A stretch of 63,913 bases of DNA, the filler included, from Collodictyon triciliatum (lineage: Eukaryota): NCBI GenBank assembly GCA_043381765.1. It is 9 parts of 9 records of this genome, joined end to end, with 100 filler letters (N's around TTAATTAATTAA, not from the genome) between each part and the next. Parts side by side here need not be neighbours in the genome. Positions count along the whole stretch, not along the records: positions 1 to 8,069 come from JBHJMP010003603.1; positions 8,170 to 16,238 come from JBHJMP010003604.1; 7 more parts are not named here. One strand, 5' to 3'. The notes below the pieces were generated by a model. The model was not told the origin of the DNA. It did not search any database and saw only the letters and a program-made list of their open reading frames with translations. This document shows positions 1 to 12,051 of the stretch, piece by piece (position 1 is the stretch's first letter; each line of letters begins with the position of its first letter). The position numbers and the translations under genes were made by a program.

Positions 1-240
1 TTTTTATTTATTTGTTTTTTATTTATTTGTTTTTTATTTATTTGTTTTTTATTTATTTGTTTTTTATTTATTTGTTTTTTATTTATTTGTTTTTTATTTG
101 TTTGTTTTTTATTTGTTTGTTTTTTATTTGTTTGTTTTTTATTTGTTTGTATTTTATTTGTTTGTATTTTATTTGTTTGTATTAAATTTGTTTTTTATTT
201 ATTTGTTTTTTATTTATTTGTTTTTTATTTATGTTTTTAT
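1..240. repeat. T-rich tandem/low-complexity repeat (about 18-bp TTTTTTATTTATTTG-like units) at contig start
   Basis: Directly visible. It explains the spurious F/V/Y/L ORF at 98..301. Confidence 0.9.
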
Positions 241-244
241 ATAC

Positions 245-1415
245 CGAGAAATGACGATGAATATATTTTATCGAATCTTGAATGAGCCGCCGTGGGTATA
301 GAGTACTGAAACTTCTGCATGATGGACTCGAACTCTAGCTCTGACGGCTGTAAAAATCGTCAGATTTCTTTGGATGAAAAATGATGAATGCGAATATAGT
401 TTGGCATCATGACCAATTCATTTTTGCTGCCCACCTCATACTCCTCCTGCGTAGCTGTCTTCAGTTCTTCATGGCCATCAAATACATTCAACTTCGACCT
501 TGAGGAAAATGCGAAACGGAAGCTCTCCAGAGAGGGGAGACGATGCTGTCCTCCATGCAAACCTGGTCGTGGAGACGGTACATTTTTCATTCTATTTTGA
601 CTGCGCTGCTTTTGTATGGTTGGTACTTTTGGTGCTGGGTGAGGCGATTGTATCTCAGCTTTTTCGACCCCCTGCATAACACATATTGACAATAAAAATG
701 TTGAATTGAAAAGAGGTTGCTCGTTTCATGCCACCTAAATACCTCTTTGTCTAGGTTGTCACCTCCTGCATCTTTATAGGGGCCATGACAAAGAGATTTC
801 TCTACCGACAAAATTATGCTCCGTAGCTCCTCATTCTGTTCATTCAGATTTTCTATCTCGGCTGTAGGTTTTATGGCTGAATGATGCAACAAATGCAAAC
901 TTAGAATAGCCGGATTACCTGAAGTACATGATTCATGAAAATAAACTCACCAGATGATTCATAGACCTCTAGGTTTGCCAGTTCTCTATCTATTCTACCG
1001 CGCAAAGGGTTACTTTCGTCTACACAAAAACTCAGGTTACATAATTTTCTCGCGCGTCTATTTTCGATGAAATAACTAACCCATCACTCGTTCGATTTGG
1101 TTGTGTGTGTTTGATTGTTTAGCCGCTTTTTCTAACGCTGATTAGCAGTGTTGGATTAAAATAGAAAAATTAAGTGTTGAAATCAAATACTTTCAGCACA
1201 TTTCTGTAAATGTGTAATATCCAAAATATAAATCAAAAGGTGGAACGGATACTCTTTTCCAGGATTGATGTCTTAATTTTCAGTAAGTCACGTTGAATCC
1301 TCAAAACGCATATATCCTGGCTAAGATTCCTGATATGTTCCTCCATTTTTCCAATCGACTCTCCTTGATATAGAATTATATTATTGTTTTTCTCCGCTTC
1401 ACTCAAACGTTGCAT
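245..1415 (-). CDS. Multi-exon coiled-coil/low-complexity coding region, 3' partial; possibly a C-terminal extension of the PLD
   Basis: A chain of phase-compatible GT-AG exons (MQRLSEAEK..., PLEKAAKQ..., TKVNPLRGR..., EIENLNEQNEELRS..., GVEKAEIQ..., PSELEFES...) runs off into the terminal repeat. Confidence 0.5.
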
Positions 1416-1445
1416 TGCATTGTATTGTCTTAAGATGGGTTGAAT

Positions 1446-4400
1446 TCAGAGTAATCGATAAGATGCACCTTGTGTTTCAATCTCTAACTTGTTTGCTCCC
1501 ACAGAGCGCGCTATAAACTGAAATTCGCCAGGAATTCTTTTGGAGAATACCGGAATCTGACTGTAATCATGCACAGAATCATCTGGTAAGCAGCTATGGA
1601 GCCGGGATTAAAGGCATTAAAAAGTAATTCACTTCAAATAATAGCAACAAGAAGCTCCGTATTTAATGGTAAAGGGAAAATAACAAATGCGCTTACCGAA
1701 ATACAGTTCTATATATGACAGTATTTTTTTCCGCGGTCGAGCACCAAGTATTGCGGTAAAAGTTTTCAGACACCGGGTCTATCATCTTGTAGAGTTCGCT
1801 TGATTTCAGTCCCAAATGTTCTGCCATTAGTCTCATTCTCAAGCTGATGGCAAACTGGGATGCTTGGTATCTTTTGCCGTTCATTTGACTGGGGATTGTT
1901 TTCGCATCATGGATGAAGGCACCACATTCAGAATCATGACCGTCTCGGATGGACTGCACGAGACTTCTGTCGTTTATATTTGCTGAGACCGATTTCCATT
2001 AAAAGAACTTGGTTAGGTTTTTATGTCAACCCATACTGCACAAATAATGTTGCATTTTGAAAATTGACCGAAGGTATATTGCATTCACCTGAGCCGATAA
2101 TGGCATATTTGTCATCCGCTATCATCACTTTGCTATGAACATAAACCATCTCTGTGGCCAGTTGATTCTCGTGCTTTTGGTATGTTCTTAGGCCACATAG
2201 ACTCAGATAATCAGATATATCACCTAAATCTAATTTTCTCAATCTTTCCACCAAGGAGTCTTCCCCTCTGCACAGGGAATGGTACTAGAATTTAATCCCA
2301 ATAAAAAGAAAAATGAATGGAGAAATTGAATAAACTAAGAGTCATTTCCATTTATTTATTTATTAATTTTCATTTCGAAACCTTGCTAACATAGATATTG
2401 TATTGGAAGTAATTTATATTGAAATTATTTAAAACGCTGGGCACTACCTGCCAATGCATAACTGCTCTGAGAGATGTTGACATGGAGGGACCTATCACCC
2501 CACCAAAAGCAGGTAATAATGGAAGAATAATATATACTCTGAAATTTGAATGGCTCTTCATGGCCTTCTCAATTCTTCGGAATAATGCATCAGATACTGA
2601 ATTAGTCACATTGTTGCTTCCAAGGGATGAAATGAAGAACTGGTTTTCTATGTAAATGTAGTGCTCTGCATTTTCAATAATGTGCACATAAGCATTCAAG
2701 AAAGATTCTTCGGGTTTCAATAATCCAGCCGACCATCTTGCTGCAGATCTGATTATTTGAACCTCACACGTAGCTTCCTTTATTTTATCTTGCTCCGGAA
2801 TGTTCAAATCTCTTTTCGGTAAAAGGTAAGGTATCCGAGGATTTGCCTTATACTTTGTAAATTTGACGTGATTCCATCGCTGAATGAAATGCCTAGATAA
2901 ATCCCGGGCTGAAGGTCCTTCAATTTTGCAGTGCACATCGTGCCAAGGCAGCCGAACAATCTCATATGTGATTTGAGACAGAAAACTCTTTCATCCAAAA
3001 TTCAAGGATTGAAGGAAGTATGCATGATATACGTTCTTCAATAAAGCATGAAATTTTTAGTTATATAATTCATTAATAACATACTAAGTATACCTTTTCT
3101 CTATTAGGAATGTCATTGTCCCATGACTCCACTTCTCTTACATCATTCATTCTTGGGTTGTAGAAATCTTTTCCGGGGAATAATTGCTCTACGATATTTG
3201 ATGAAAAAAATTTTAATCATCGATTAGCCATACCTGAAAAACGAAACGGCATCTCACTTTCTTTTTCTTTTGAATCAAATACTCTGTGTTGGCAAGTGTC
3301 ATATCTCCCGAGGGCGAGGTCAATTCCTCCAACAAAAGCAACCTTTTGGTCTATACACACTATTTTCTCATGATGGGCCCAAAAGAATACTCCGTGGGCA
3401 GGATGGTCTGGATGCCTTAGAACCATGATATTTTCCCTTTGAAAGCATAAAATTTGTTTTCTTTATTTTCTTGAATAAAATAGGCTTATTTATCTCGTAA
3501 AATTAATCACATATATTCCTGATTGAAGTAAGCTATTTCCAGAAGAAGAAAAAAGAACCTGCATCCGTCAAATGAAAGTAAATCGTTATCAGCAGATAAG
3601 TTTTCTAGGTGATCTTTTGCCCATTGGCTACACATTTTGATTGATTTTTATTTTGGGTATTTCATGTGCTTGAACCACACCTCAAAAAAATTATTTTTTA
3701 CATACCTGTTATGAGGAAGGGCATATTTGATTTCTTTGTAGACTAGTATGTAAACTTTGACCCCTTCCAGAGCTTTTTCTAGGAGCATCTTATCGAGCCT
3801 GTACTTCATATTTTCCTAAATAGATTATACATCAAGTTTTGATGGCATCGAATTGATTAACTTCATGCGACTTCTTTTCAATTTTCTAAGTGATGAATAC
3901 AGTGCAAGCTGGTCTCCTAAGGTATAAGGTAGGGTGAAGCCACCAATTTGCAATCATGATTTCATTTTCGGCGCCCTTAATGGCAATGATAAGAGATTCC
4001 ATAAAATCTTTCCCATCTACCAACCATTCTACGCAATTTCTCTAAGTTGCGCAAGTATAAGAGTAAAATATTTAAGTCGTGGTTTATATCATATTACTGG
4101 ATGGAAAAATTCTAGGGGAAAATTTTATTTCCATGAAAATGAAAACTTTAATTACTTGTCTTATTGGAGCATAGGAATTAAACCTATGTTTTTTTGTGAA
4201 TGGGCTTTCTTTGATACAACGATTTAATGCTAACTTCCAATCAGACATTTTTCTTGGATTGCCTCTAATCTCTATTTTGTGAGACCTTGCGTATTTATAA
4301 TTAATTGGTATCATACAATCTTTCACGGAAATGTTATGTAGAAATTTTCAAGTACAATGAGTTCACAGATAGCCCTGAGCGAGATTCTCCATTTATTTCA

Positions 4401-5678
4401 CTAATGCTGAAGTCTGTGTCAAATAACACCACCTATGATTTTTGTAATGAAGGCAAATTATTTAGGCATCAGACGATCATGAATCCGATATAATTCAGTC
4501 TATTTATATTAAAAATGCACCCTCGCACACGAAGACTCGAATTCTGGGTAGTTGTAATATGTGATAAACCCTTCTTTCAACACAAACCATCTTTTGTGCC
4601 TTCTGTATACTTTATATAAATGGATATGAATTATTTAAAAAATTAAGAATTAAATGAACATTTTTTTTCTTTTTTTTAATTTGTGTACATTGACCACTTT
4701 TACTTTCTGCCAATTTAAAAATATACGTGTGTTGTAACCCTCTACTTTTTTTTCTAGATACCCTTCTTTCCCTTTGCATCCATAAGAATCAGAAAAAGAT
4801 AGTGGAGATATTTCAAAAAATATCTGTTGACGCAAATTGTGAAATCAATTAAACAATAATAAAGAGCAATATTTTATGGTGGTTTGTTTCGCATAAATAT
4901 TTTGTATTTGACATCAGAACAAAAAAAATGGTATGGTGAACTTTACTTGAACTCTAATCGCATTTAAAATATGTTCTATCTGTCCTATTCGGATGAAAAA
5001 CTTTTGCAATGAATTAACTCTAGTGCTATAGCAGAATAAACATTCATTCAGACATGCTCTAACTATTACTTTACATTAAAATGATACCTTTTGTTTCCAG
5101 AGAGGAGTTTTCTAATTGAAACAAGCTTCACTCCTTTCCCATTCTCAGACTCAATGTCTGATATGTCAGATCGTAATTGAATGACATGGCGAAGATGTTT
5201 TGTAATGGTCCATTCAAACCCCTTTTTATTGATTTTAGTGCCCATTAGCTCTCAATGATTTTGCATAAATTCGACATATTGAGTTTGATTGGGCAGTATT
5301 AATTAATTCAATAAGGATAAATCGACCGAATTCATAAAAAAAAAAAAAATTGGTATTAAATCCTGCTCTTTTAGCTAGATACATGCCTGGTACTTTAAAT
5401 AGATTATAAAATTTGTATGAAATGCGGCCATATGCTGGTAAAATTCACTCTCTATCACCTAAAAATTAAGGGTTTTACACCATACCATTTTCAAATCCAT
5501 TCAAGAATAAGTGGGGCTGTGTGTGTGTTTTTTAATGGGTTCAATAACTGGAGCTGTATTATTTTCCTCCAAACGCATACCAGAACTTCATGTAATGTGA
5601 TAAAGTAATAATTATAACGAAATGAGATAAACCGCTTAAACCTTTATTTCTAATGAACCTTTGTTTATCCAGGGGCAT
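1446..5678 (-). CDS. PLD: Phospholipase D, PX-PH class (PLD1/PLD2/PLDzeta-like), multi-exon; ends approximate
   Basis: Two HKD motifs ([48 protein letters not shown]), plus RLPWHDVH, HFIQRWN, YIYIENQFF and HRFNSYAPIR. PH-like KEGYLEKK and PX-like FEWTITKHLRH lie upstream. Confidence 0.93.
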
Positions 5679-6392
5679 TCCAATAGTTTGCTCTCAAATG
5701 GTGATTTTTTTATCATCATTCCAAAGTTTCTTGTTCTGCCTTGCACGTTGTATTCTTCTGGCGGTTCCATCACTTGTCTTTGTTTTAATTAATTGTATAT
5801 AAGAATACATCTGTGATTCATTCAGTGGACTGAATTTGGTAAGTGTCTGTGCATTTTAAAATGTTTGCAAAACAATAGAACATATATATATACCATTCAT
5901 TTTTATTACTCGACTTTAATATGTATCATACGTGTATATGTTCATTATAGACAAATACAAATTAAATAGTCATTCTATCTCAATTGTTTGTAAACAAATG
6001 TGACTCGGCTTACAATACACGCCACAAGATGCAGGTGAGTCATATTCTTTTTACCAAAGATTGACGAGTCCCTATTCATTTTTTACAAAATTTATTTTCT
6101 CTCCGATGTGTGAATACTACTCGCTAAAAAAATTATTAATAGAGCTTGAAGCGTGCTGCGAATGTTGAAGTCTATCGATAGGCTGTCTTTCTCAATCAAC
6201 ATAATTTTATACTTATGATACGTATGTGGGCATAATTGGTGCTCGGCAATAAGCTGATTTTTTCCAAAAAGATGAAAAAGAACCGCTAAAATGATTGAAA
6301 CATATAAAGCGCATGGACTTAAATATGATTAAAAGAATTTCATATCGTTGAATGATGAAGGTTAATTCAGGTGAGGTATGTAGTATGTAAAT

Positions 6393-7676
6393 TTATTCCA
6401 GATCAAATAATCCTTTGGCGGTGTCCAGTGGCAATGGATTCCAAACAAACATATTTGGCATATTATCAACTGGCTTAGCCTCTCCCAGAATAGTAACAGA
6501 GGGCTTCTGACTGTCATGAACTTTTTCCTTCTTCCTGTTCTTAATGTCTTCGTCTCGATTTGATGTCAAACGATAAGCAAGTTCTTTGAAGCGAATACGC
6601 TCCTCTGGATTCATTTCGTTCCATACTTTACTCATTTCGTGCAAAAAATCATTGTTTTTTATCACTTTCAGTCCTTGCCTTGCTCTTAAGTGCCTGTGGA
6701 ATGATGCAAAAGCCATGAAACCATTTATTGGTCTTTTTCGACTTATTGTTAAATTGCCAAAGTCCATCACTTTCTCTCCGATATTTTCCTGGGGTCTAAA
6801 ATAAGAGCATTGTCTATTTCTCGATGTGGCTGCTTGGACTAATTGCAATCCATTTTCAACTTTTGCGCATCGTCTCTTGAATATGGGTAAATTGCTGCAA
6901 TCAACAAATTTATCATTCATATTTTCTGGCGGAGCACCAACCTTGGCTTGTGGTTTAACCTTTGGAGGTACAGCAGGCTGGATGCTTGGCAGATTTTGGA
7001 GGGACGCCCATTGGCTATCTACAGAGGCTGGGTGCAGAGCATCATTTATTTTTTCAAGTGGTGCTTCCAAATCCAACATTCTTGAAGGGGCAAAATATAA
7101 ACTGTGAGGATGGGAATTAGTTTGGGTTAATGTCATGCAATTATCAGACTCTAAGTAGGTGACTGTGTCTGAGTCAACATCTTTTCTGATATCTGATTCA
7201 TTCGAACCATTATAAACTGAATTGCGTAGAACTGTCCGAATCTGTATCCTTGTCGTTGGATATGAAATTGGGATTGATTTTTCTGGCTCTTCTCCATGTG
7301 TCTTAACTTTTTTTCGTTCAACATCATCAAAATTGTCTTCGGAGTCGCTGGACACGTAATCTTGAATTCTCGAATCACTTAATATTGGTTTTTCTGATTC
7401 TGATTTTTGGCATGCTTCTGCCGCTACAGATGAAGAGCATTTTGAACTCGTGAACTCAGATTCGCTTTTTTCAGGTCTTGATGTTTGAATGCACCACGCA
7501 TCAAAGTCCTCAGAGGTAAAATTAATTAAGTATTTTTCTAGGGCGGTTAAATTCCCTGAAGTTTGTGCAGCAGCTGATTGGAAAACACCGCTTCGTCTCT
7601 TAAGGCCAGGTACTGGTATTGGTGAGCAGTGTACAAGTAATTCTGGTGTTATCTCTGTTCTCTCTGTTCTCTCCAT
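6393..7676 (-). CDS. Intronless HMG-box DNA-binding protein (427 aa)
   Basis: Long ORF with C-terminal RKRPINGFMAF...FLHEMSKVWNEMNPEERIRFKELA, which fits the HMG-box consensus. Confidence 0.8.
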   Translation of the reverse strand: MERTERTEITPELLVHCSPIPVPGLKRRSGVFQSAAAQTSGNLTALEKYLINFTSEDFDAWCIQTSRPEKSESEFTSSKCSSSVAAEACQKSESEKPILSDSRIQDYVSSDSEDNFDDVERKKVKTHGEEPEKSIPISYPTTRIQIRTVLRNSVYNGSNESDIRKDVDSDTVTYLESDNCMTLTQTNSHPHSLYFAPSRMLDLEAPLEKINDALHPASVDSQWASLQNLPSIQPAVPPKVKPQAKVGAPPENMNDKFVDCSNLPIFKRRCAKVENGLQLVQAATSRNRQCSYFRPQENIGEKVMDFGNLTISRKRPINGFMAFASFHRHLRARQGLKVIKNNDFLHEMSKVWNEMNPEERIRFKELAYRLTSNRDEDIKNRKKEKVHDSQKPSVTILGEAKPVDNMPNMFVWNPLPLDTAKGLFDLE

Positions 7677-7918
7677 ATCCCCCGGTGACTTTTTTATGAA
7701 GGTTTCTGCTAGCGTGATGTAACTGATGAAATTAAATGTTACACATCTTCAAAAGTTAAGATTTATACGATTTTTATTTTAGAATAAAATCTCTTGGTAT
7801 ATACGGACATTATAAATAGTAGCTAAACTTGTACAAAATGATAGGAAAATTTTCTCTTGCTTTTTTTTTTTTGCTTTTTTTTTTGTTTTTTGTTTTTTTT
7901 TTTTTTTTTTTTTTTTTT

Positions 7919-7968
<50 letters not shown>

Positions 7969-8069
7969 TTTTTTGTTTTTTGTTTTTGTTTTTTGTTTTT
8001 TGTTTTTTTTATTTTTTTGTTTTTTTTTGTTTTTTTATTTTTTATTTTTTATTTTTTATTTTTTATTTT

Positions 8070-8169
8070 NNNNNNNNNNNNNNNNNNNNNNNNNNNNNNN
8101 NNNNNNNNNNNNNTTAATTAATTAANNNNNNNNNNNNNNNNNNNNNNNNNNNNNNNNNNNNNNNNNNNN
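8070..8169. other. Artificial contig spacer (N-padded TTAATTAATTAA)
   Basis: 100 bp with stop codons in all six frames; the same spacer occurs eight times. Confidence 0.97.
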
Positions 8170-9450
8170 TATTGTTTTATTGTTTTATTGTTTTATTGTT
8201 TTATTGTTTTATTGTTTTATTGTTTTATTGTTTTATTGTTTTATTGTTTTATTGTTTTATTGTTTTTTAGTTTTTTAGTTTTTTAGTTTTTTAGTTTTTT
8301 AGTTTTTTAGTTTTTTAGTTTTTTAGTTTTTTAGTTTTTTTAGTTTTTTAGTTTTTTAGTTTTTTAGTTTTTTAGTTTTTTAGTTTTTTAGTTTTTTAGT
8401 TTTCTAGTTTTTTAGTTTTTCAGTTTTCACAAACCATGTTCTCAACACAGTCCTACGGAGATCCCGGGGTTGCTGGAGCGATCGTCGGTTCTGCTTTGTG
8501 GAACTGATTTTGTGTCTGATCTGCGGCTGCGCTGATTTTGTTGCTATTAGCTTCTTAATTCCACATATATTTGACGTTTTTACAAATGTGGAAATTATAT
8601 ATAAATATGATAATCTATTTTAGCCGACTATATGCATTATAAATGGTAAGTTATAATAGAAAACAAATAATCAAAGCTAGTAATTAGAGGTTGAGTTCAT
8701 AGACAAATCTACTTTGTCGGAGAGCCGTTAACACCCAAATAAATTATGCGTCTTTTGGTACGGCGAAACGCTTATTCACAGAGAATAACGCAAGGGGTGC
8801 GGCAAGTAAAGTAAAAAAAAAATATTGATGTGTTTGGGTGGGGTTCAAAAAGATAGCTAAAAAAAAAAAAGGGCTTTTGGTAAAAGTCTATTATCCTGAT
8901 TATTGTAAAAATATCAATTAGTTGCCACGCAAGCGAAACATAGCATAGATTCCTACATTAAATAAGTGCTGCAATTGATTAAAAAAATATGTCGATGACT
9001 ACTTTTTTAATGGTTCCACTTTGATGTTTTCCGATATAAAAAATAGACGACCGGGATTTTTCTTGTAGCTCCAGAAGAAGCGCAAAGAAAAGACGGACAA
9101 GGAAAAGAGAGACGTGGACAAGGTAATTCTGGAAGATATTGGCTGCAATCCCTTAAATTCTATGAACCGGTCCTTGGAGAATGTGTCTCCGATGTTCAGC
9201 TTACATAAAACTGCCGTACTCAGCATCCATAGGGTTCCAAGGATGTTCAAATACGTTAGTTTACGATTCTTGATATGAAACGTATCCACCATAATTGACC
9301 AATTGAGTACAGATGCACAGAATATCCAAAAAATTACTCGTTCATCCCACTCACATAAAATTCCGGAGGATATAAATGTTCTCATAATCATAAACATAAA
9401 GTACCAGTAATCAAACGACCTGAGCATGTGTCGAGCCATAGACAGATTAC

Positions 9451-9521
9451 ATGTGGTTATTAGTTTCGGTCCTGCACAAAAGTTGAAAGGAAGAATAAAA
9501 AAAAAAATGTGGTTATTAGTT
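9451..9521 (+). mobile_element. Short poly(A)-tailed retroposon insertion, copy 1 (coordinates include both TSD copies)
   Basis: ATGTGGTTATTAGTT at 9451-9465 and 9507-9521 flanks TCGGTCCTGCACAAAAGTTGAAAGGAAGAAT plus A10. Confidence 0.9.
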
Positions 9522-10781
9522 GAATGCATAGAAAAATGATGCTGACAATATTCGACACATATGCCACGAACTTAATCGAGGGTGTCAATGGAATACCAGA
9601 GGCCATAGGAAGTGACGTAAGTAGAGACAAAACACTGAAAATAATACCAGTTATATTGTAAATCGTAGATTTCATAATCTTTTCGCCCAATCTAAGTTTC
9701 CCTTGGATGTAAATGTGAAAAATAGTGTTGTGTAGGTCATATTCAATGACCTTGTTTTGGGGGATTCCCATGACAAGATGGCTTTCTGGGTCTAGGTTCG
9801 CCGGAGTTCTTTTTTTATCAAAATAATTCCTGTCGATATTCTGGGCAGCCTCTGCAGCCTCAATATCCATGTCACTGGAATTGTGAACTTTCGGAATAAT
9901 GTATTCTGATTTTCTATCTGGAATTTTTATCCTGCTGCTCGTCGAGTGCTGCATATCTCTACTCGAGTAATTTGAATCAATTTCATAATATGTTGAAAGG
10001 AATGCGATTGTAGTTGACCTTTGCGTAATTATGTGATTATATAAGATACGAATCATATATACAATCAATGTGGATATGTTGTCGAGAGATTGGAGCCTCA
10101 CATTTATAATCTCTATTTTTCTTTCTTCAACAGAATAACCTTCATTTTCAAATTGAACCAAACGAAACAGCAGAACGGCTAGAATTGGAAGTATGGATAA
10201 AAATCCAAGAACAATGGCCACTTTCATGAGCATTTTCTGTTTTCCAGCATGCGTATCGAATATGAATAGAATTAGCATACTTGAGAGGGAATGAAATTCA
10301 GCACATACCACGTCTAACGATGCTCCATATAACAAAAAATAGCATATGTGAAGGGAGAGGAGATTCCATATTGTGAACCAAAAGTTGAACGACTTTGCCA
10401 GCTCAATCAGAATGTCCATTCGAATGAAGATTGAGTGATGAATTACAAAGATCATTGTGTATAAAACCTGGAGAGGTAAGTAAATATATGTTGGTAGGAG
10501 TGGCGCTTGGAATGCCACAGCTGTACTGTTAATTGCGAAGAAGAACCATAAAATTGATATGGCTACAGATAAACTTCTGTGTCTGTAGACACCCAGAATC
10601 TTTTTGAAAATCCTTTCATCTCTAACACAAAAGGAAAGCAAGGTTTTTCTCTTGTCGAAAAAATATTCGTGTTGTCGAAGTATAAAATATATACGATGGA
10701 CATTCTTCCTTGATTGGTCCACCTCTATTTCTTGTTCGTTGGTGCCAGCCTCTTCAGGTCTTTCATTCGTCCTTGATCCGT

Positions 10782-10941
10782 GCTCTTGCTCTTGCTCTTG
10801 CTCTTGCTCTTGCTCTTGCTCTTGCTCTTGCTCTTGCTCTTGCTCTTGCTCTTGCTCTTGCTCTTGCTCTTGCTCTTGCTCCTGCTCTTGCTCCTGCTCT
10901 TGCTCTTGCTCTTGCTCCTGCTCTTGCTCTTGCTCTTGCTC
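10782..10941. repeat. (GCTCTT)n hexamer repeat encoding poly-(QE) on the minus strand
   Basis: Directly visible and in frame within ORF 9460..11202. Confidence 0.92.
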
Positions 10942-12051
10942 CATTACTTCGGGCTGTTCTAGAAACTTATCCTTCTTCCGATCGCATGACAAGGGGTCAT
11001 TTTTGGCGTCTGTAAGGGAAGGGTTGCTGGGCTGCCCAAATCCACTTATTTCCTCCTTTGCTTCAATCTTGCATTTAGGCCGACGTGATCGTTGGAATGG
11101 CTTTTGTTTGTTGCTGCGAGTTGCGTCATCTGCCCACGCATCCTTTTTTCTTTTAGGTTTCCTGTTTCCATCTCGGCCTGAGTTGTTCTCTTCGACCATC
11201 ATCTTCGTCCCGCTCGTTAAAGTGCTGTGGTTGTTGTCCTTTTGAAGCGTTATTTTGTTGTATTTTCTTTGTATATATTTTTTCAGCTTTATTTTTGTCT
11301 CCTTTCTGTTGGAACCCTACCCGCCGGTTCGATCCCCAAAAAAAAATGTCAAACGTGGCTGATTTGAATACAGATTTGGAAGTTATATTTATTTACAATT
11401 TTTTGCTTGTCCTTGTTGGCATTCTCATTGATAGTCCTTGAAAAGACTAACCAACCCGAAATCATGTCTAAATATATATGCTCTATTGTTAAATCCTTTC
11501 TGTCTAGATGATATTAGATTTTCTCTGTCTTACCAATGAACTCCAACGTTCCAGATCTGAAAAAGGGAGGCACGTGCCGTCCTCCACAATAAGCCAAAAC
11601 TGCAAGACCGCATCAGCAAACTAGGATGTTTGTGGAGTGAGTTGCGCTTTTCTGTGGGATATGTATTCTTACTCTGTTCAAGCGCTCCTTTACAATATGA
11701 GCATGTTAGTGCAGCAGACAAGAGGGATGCCGCCCCTTTCTCCCAAACTCGCCTCCATTTGATTGGCCCACTTTGATAGACTCTATTCGCTCAAGGGCAT
11801 CAGGCATTCTAGTTAGTTTCCCAGTGTCAAGGACGATCGGCCTGATTCCCTACTTTGTTTTTGTTTCAGTCCCTCCTTTTTTTTTTTTTGAGTGTATGCT
11901 CTTATTTTTATCATTATTTTTATTATTGTTTGCGAATGAGTGCGTCTTTTATATTTGTATGCTATCGTGAATTCGCTCAACATAATATCACGGCTAATGC
12001 TTCCTCAAGCTTCGTGTAGATGTTTCAAGTATTGTACATCATGTAGTTATA

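Larger units (their letters stand above)
8999..11202 (-). pseudogene. Multi-pass membrane protein gene (715 aa when restored) frameshifted by a 56-bp retroposon insertion
   Basis: ORFs 9460..11202 and 8999..9529 both contain LITT, encoded by the duplicated target site. Removing 56 bp fuses them into one 2148-bp ORF. There are two similar hydrophobic halves (LAKSFNFWF / MLRSFDYWY). Confidence 0.75.

Noticed and set aside
1446-1448. In-frame TGA as evidence of stop-codon reassignment or selenocysteine
   Set aside because: Other genes end in TGA and use TGG for conserved Trp; a short intron or a true stop is the simpler explanation.
8114-8125. Recurrent palindrome TTAATTAATTAA every ~8 kb as a biological periodic element or nanochromosome boundary
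   Set aside because: It is always centred in exactly 44+44 Ns and is a six-frame-stop assembly linker.
8170-8425. (TTTTATTG)n and (TTTTTTAG)n at a contig end as telomeric repeats
   Set aside because: No G-run typical of telomeres, and each contig end has a different simple repeat.
11310-11346. GGTTCGATCCCC B-box-like motif followed by an A-run (tRNA or SINE?)
   Set aside because: No cloverleaf, A-box or TSD could be found around it.
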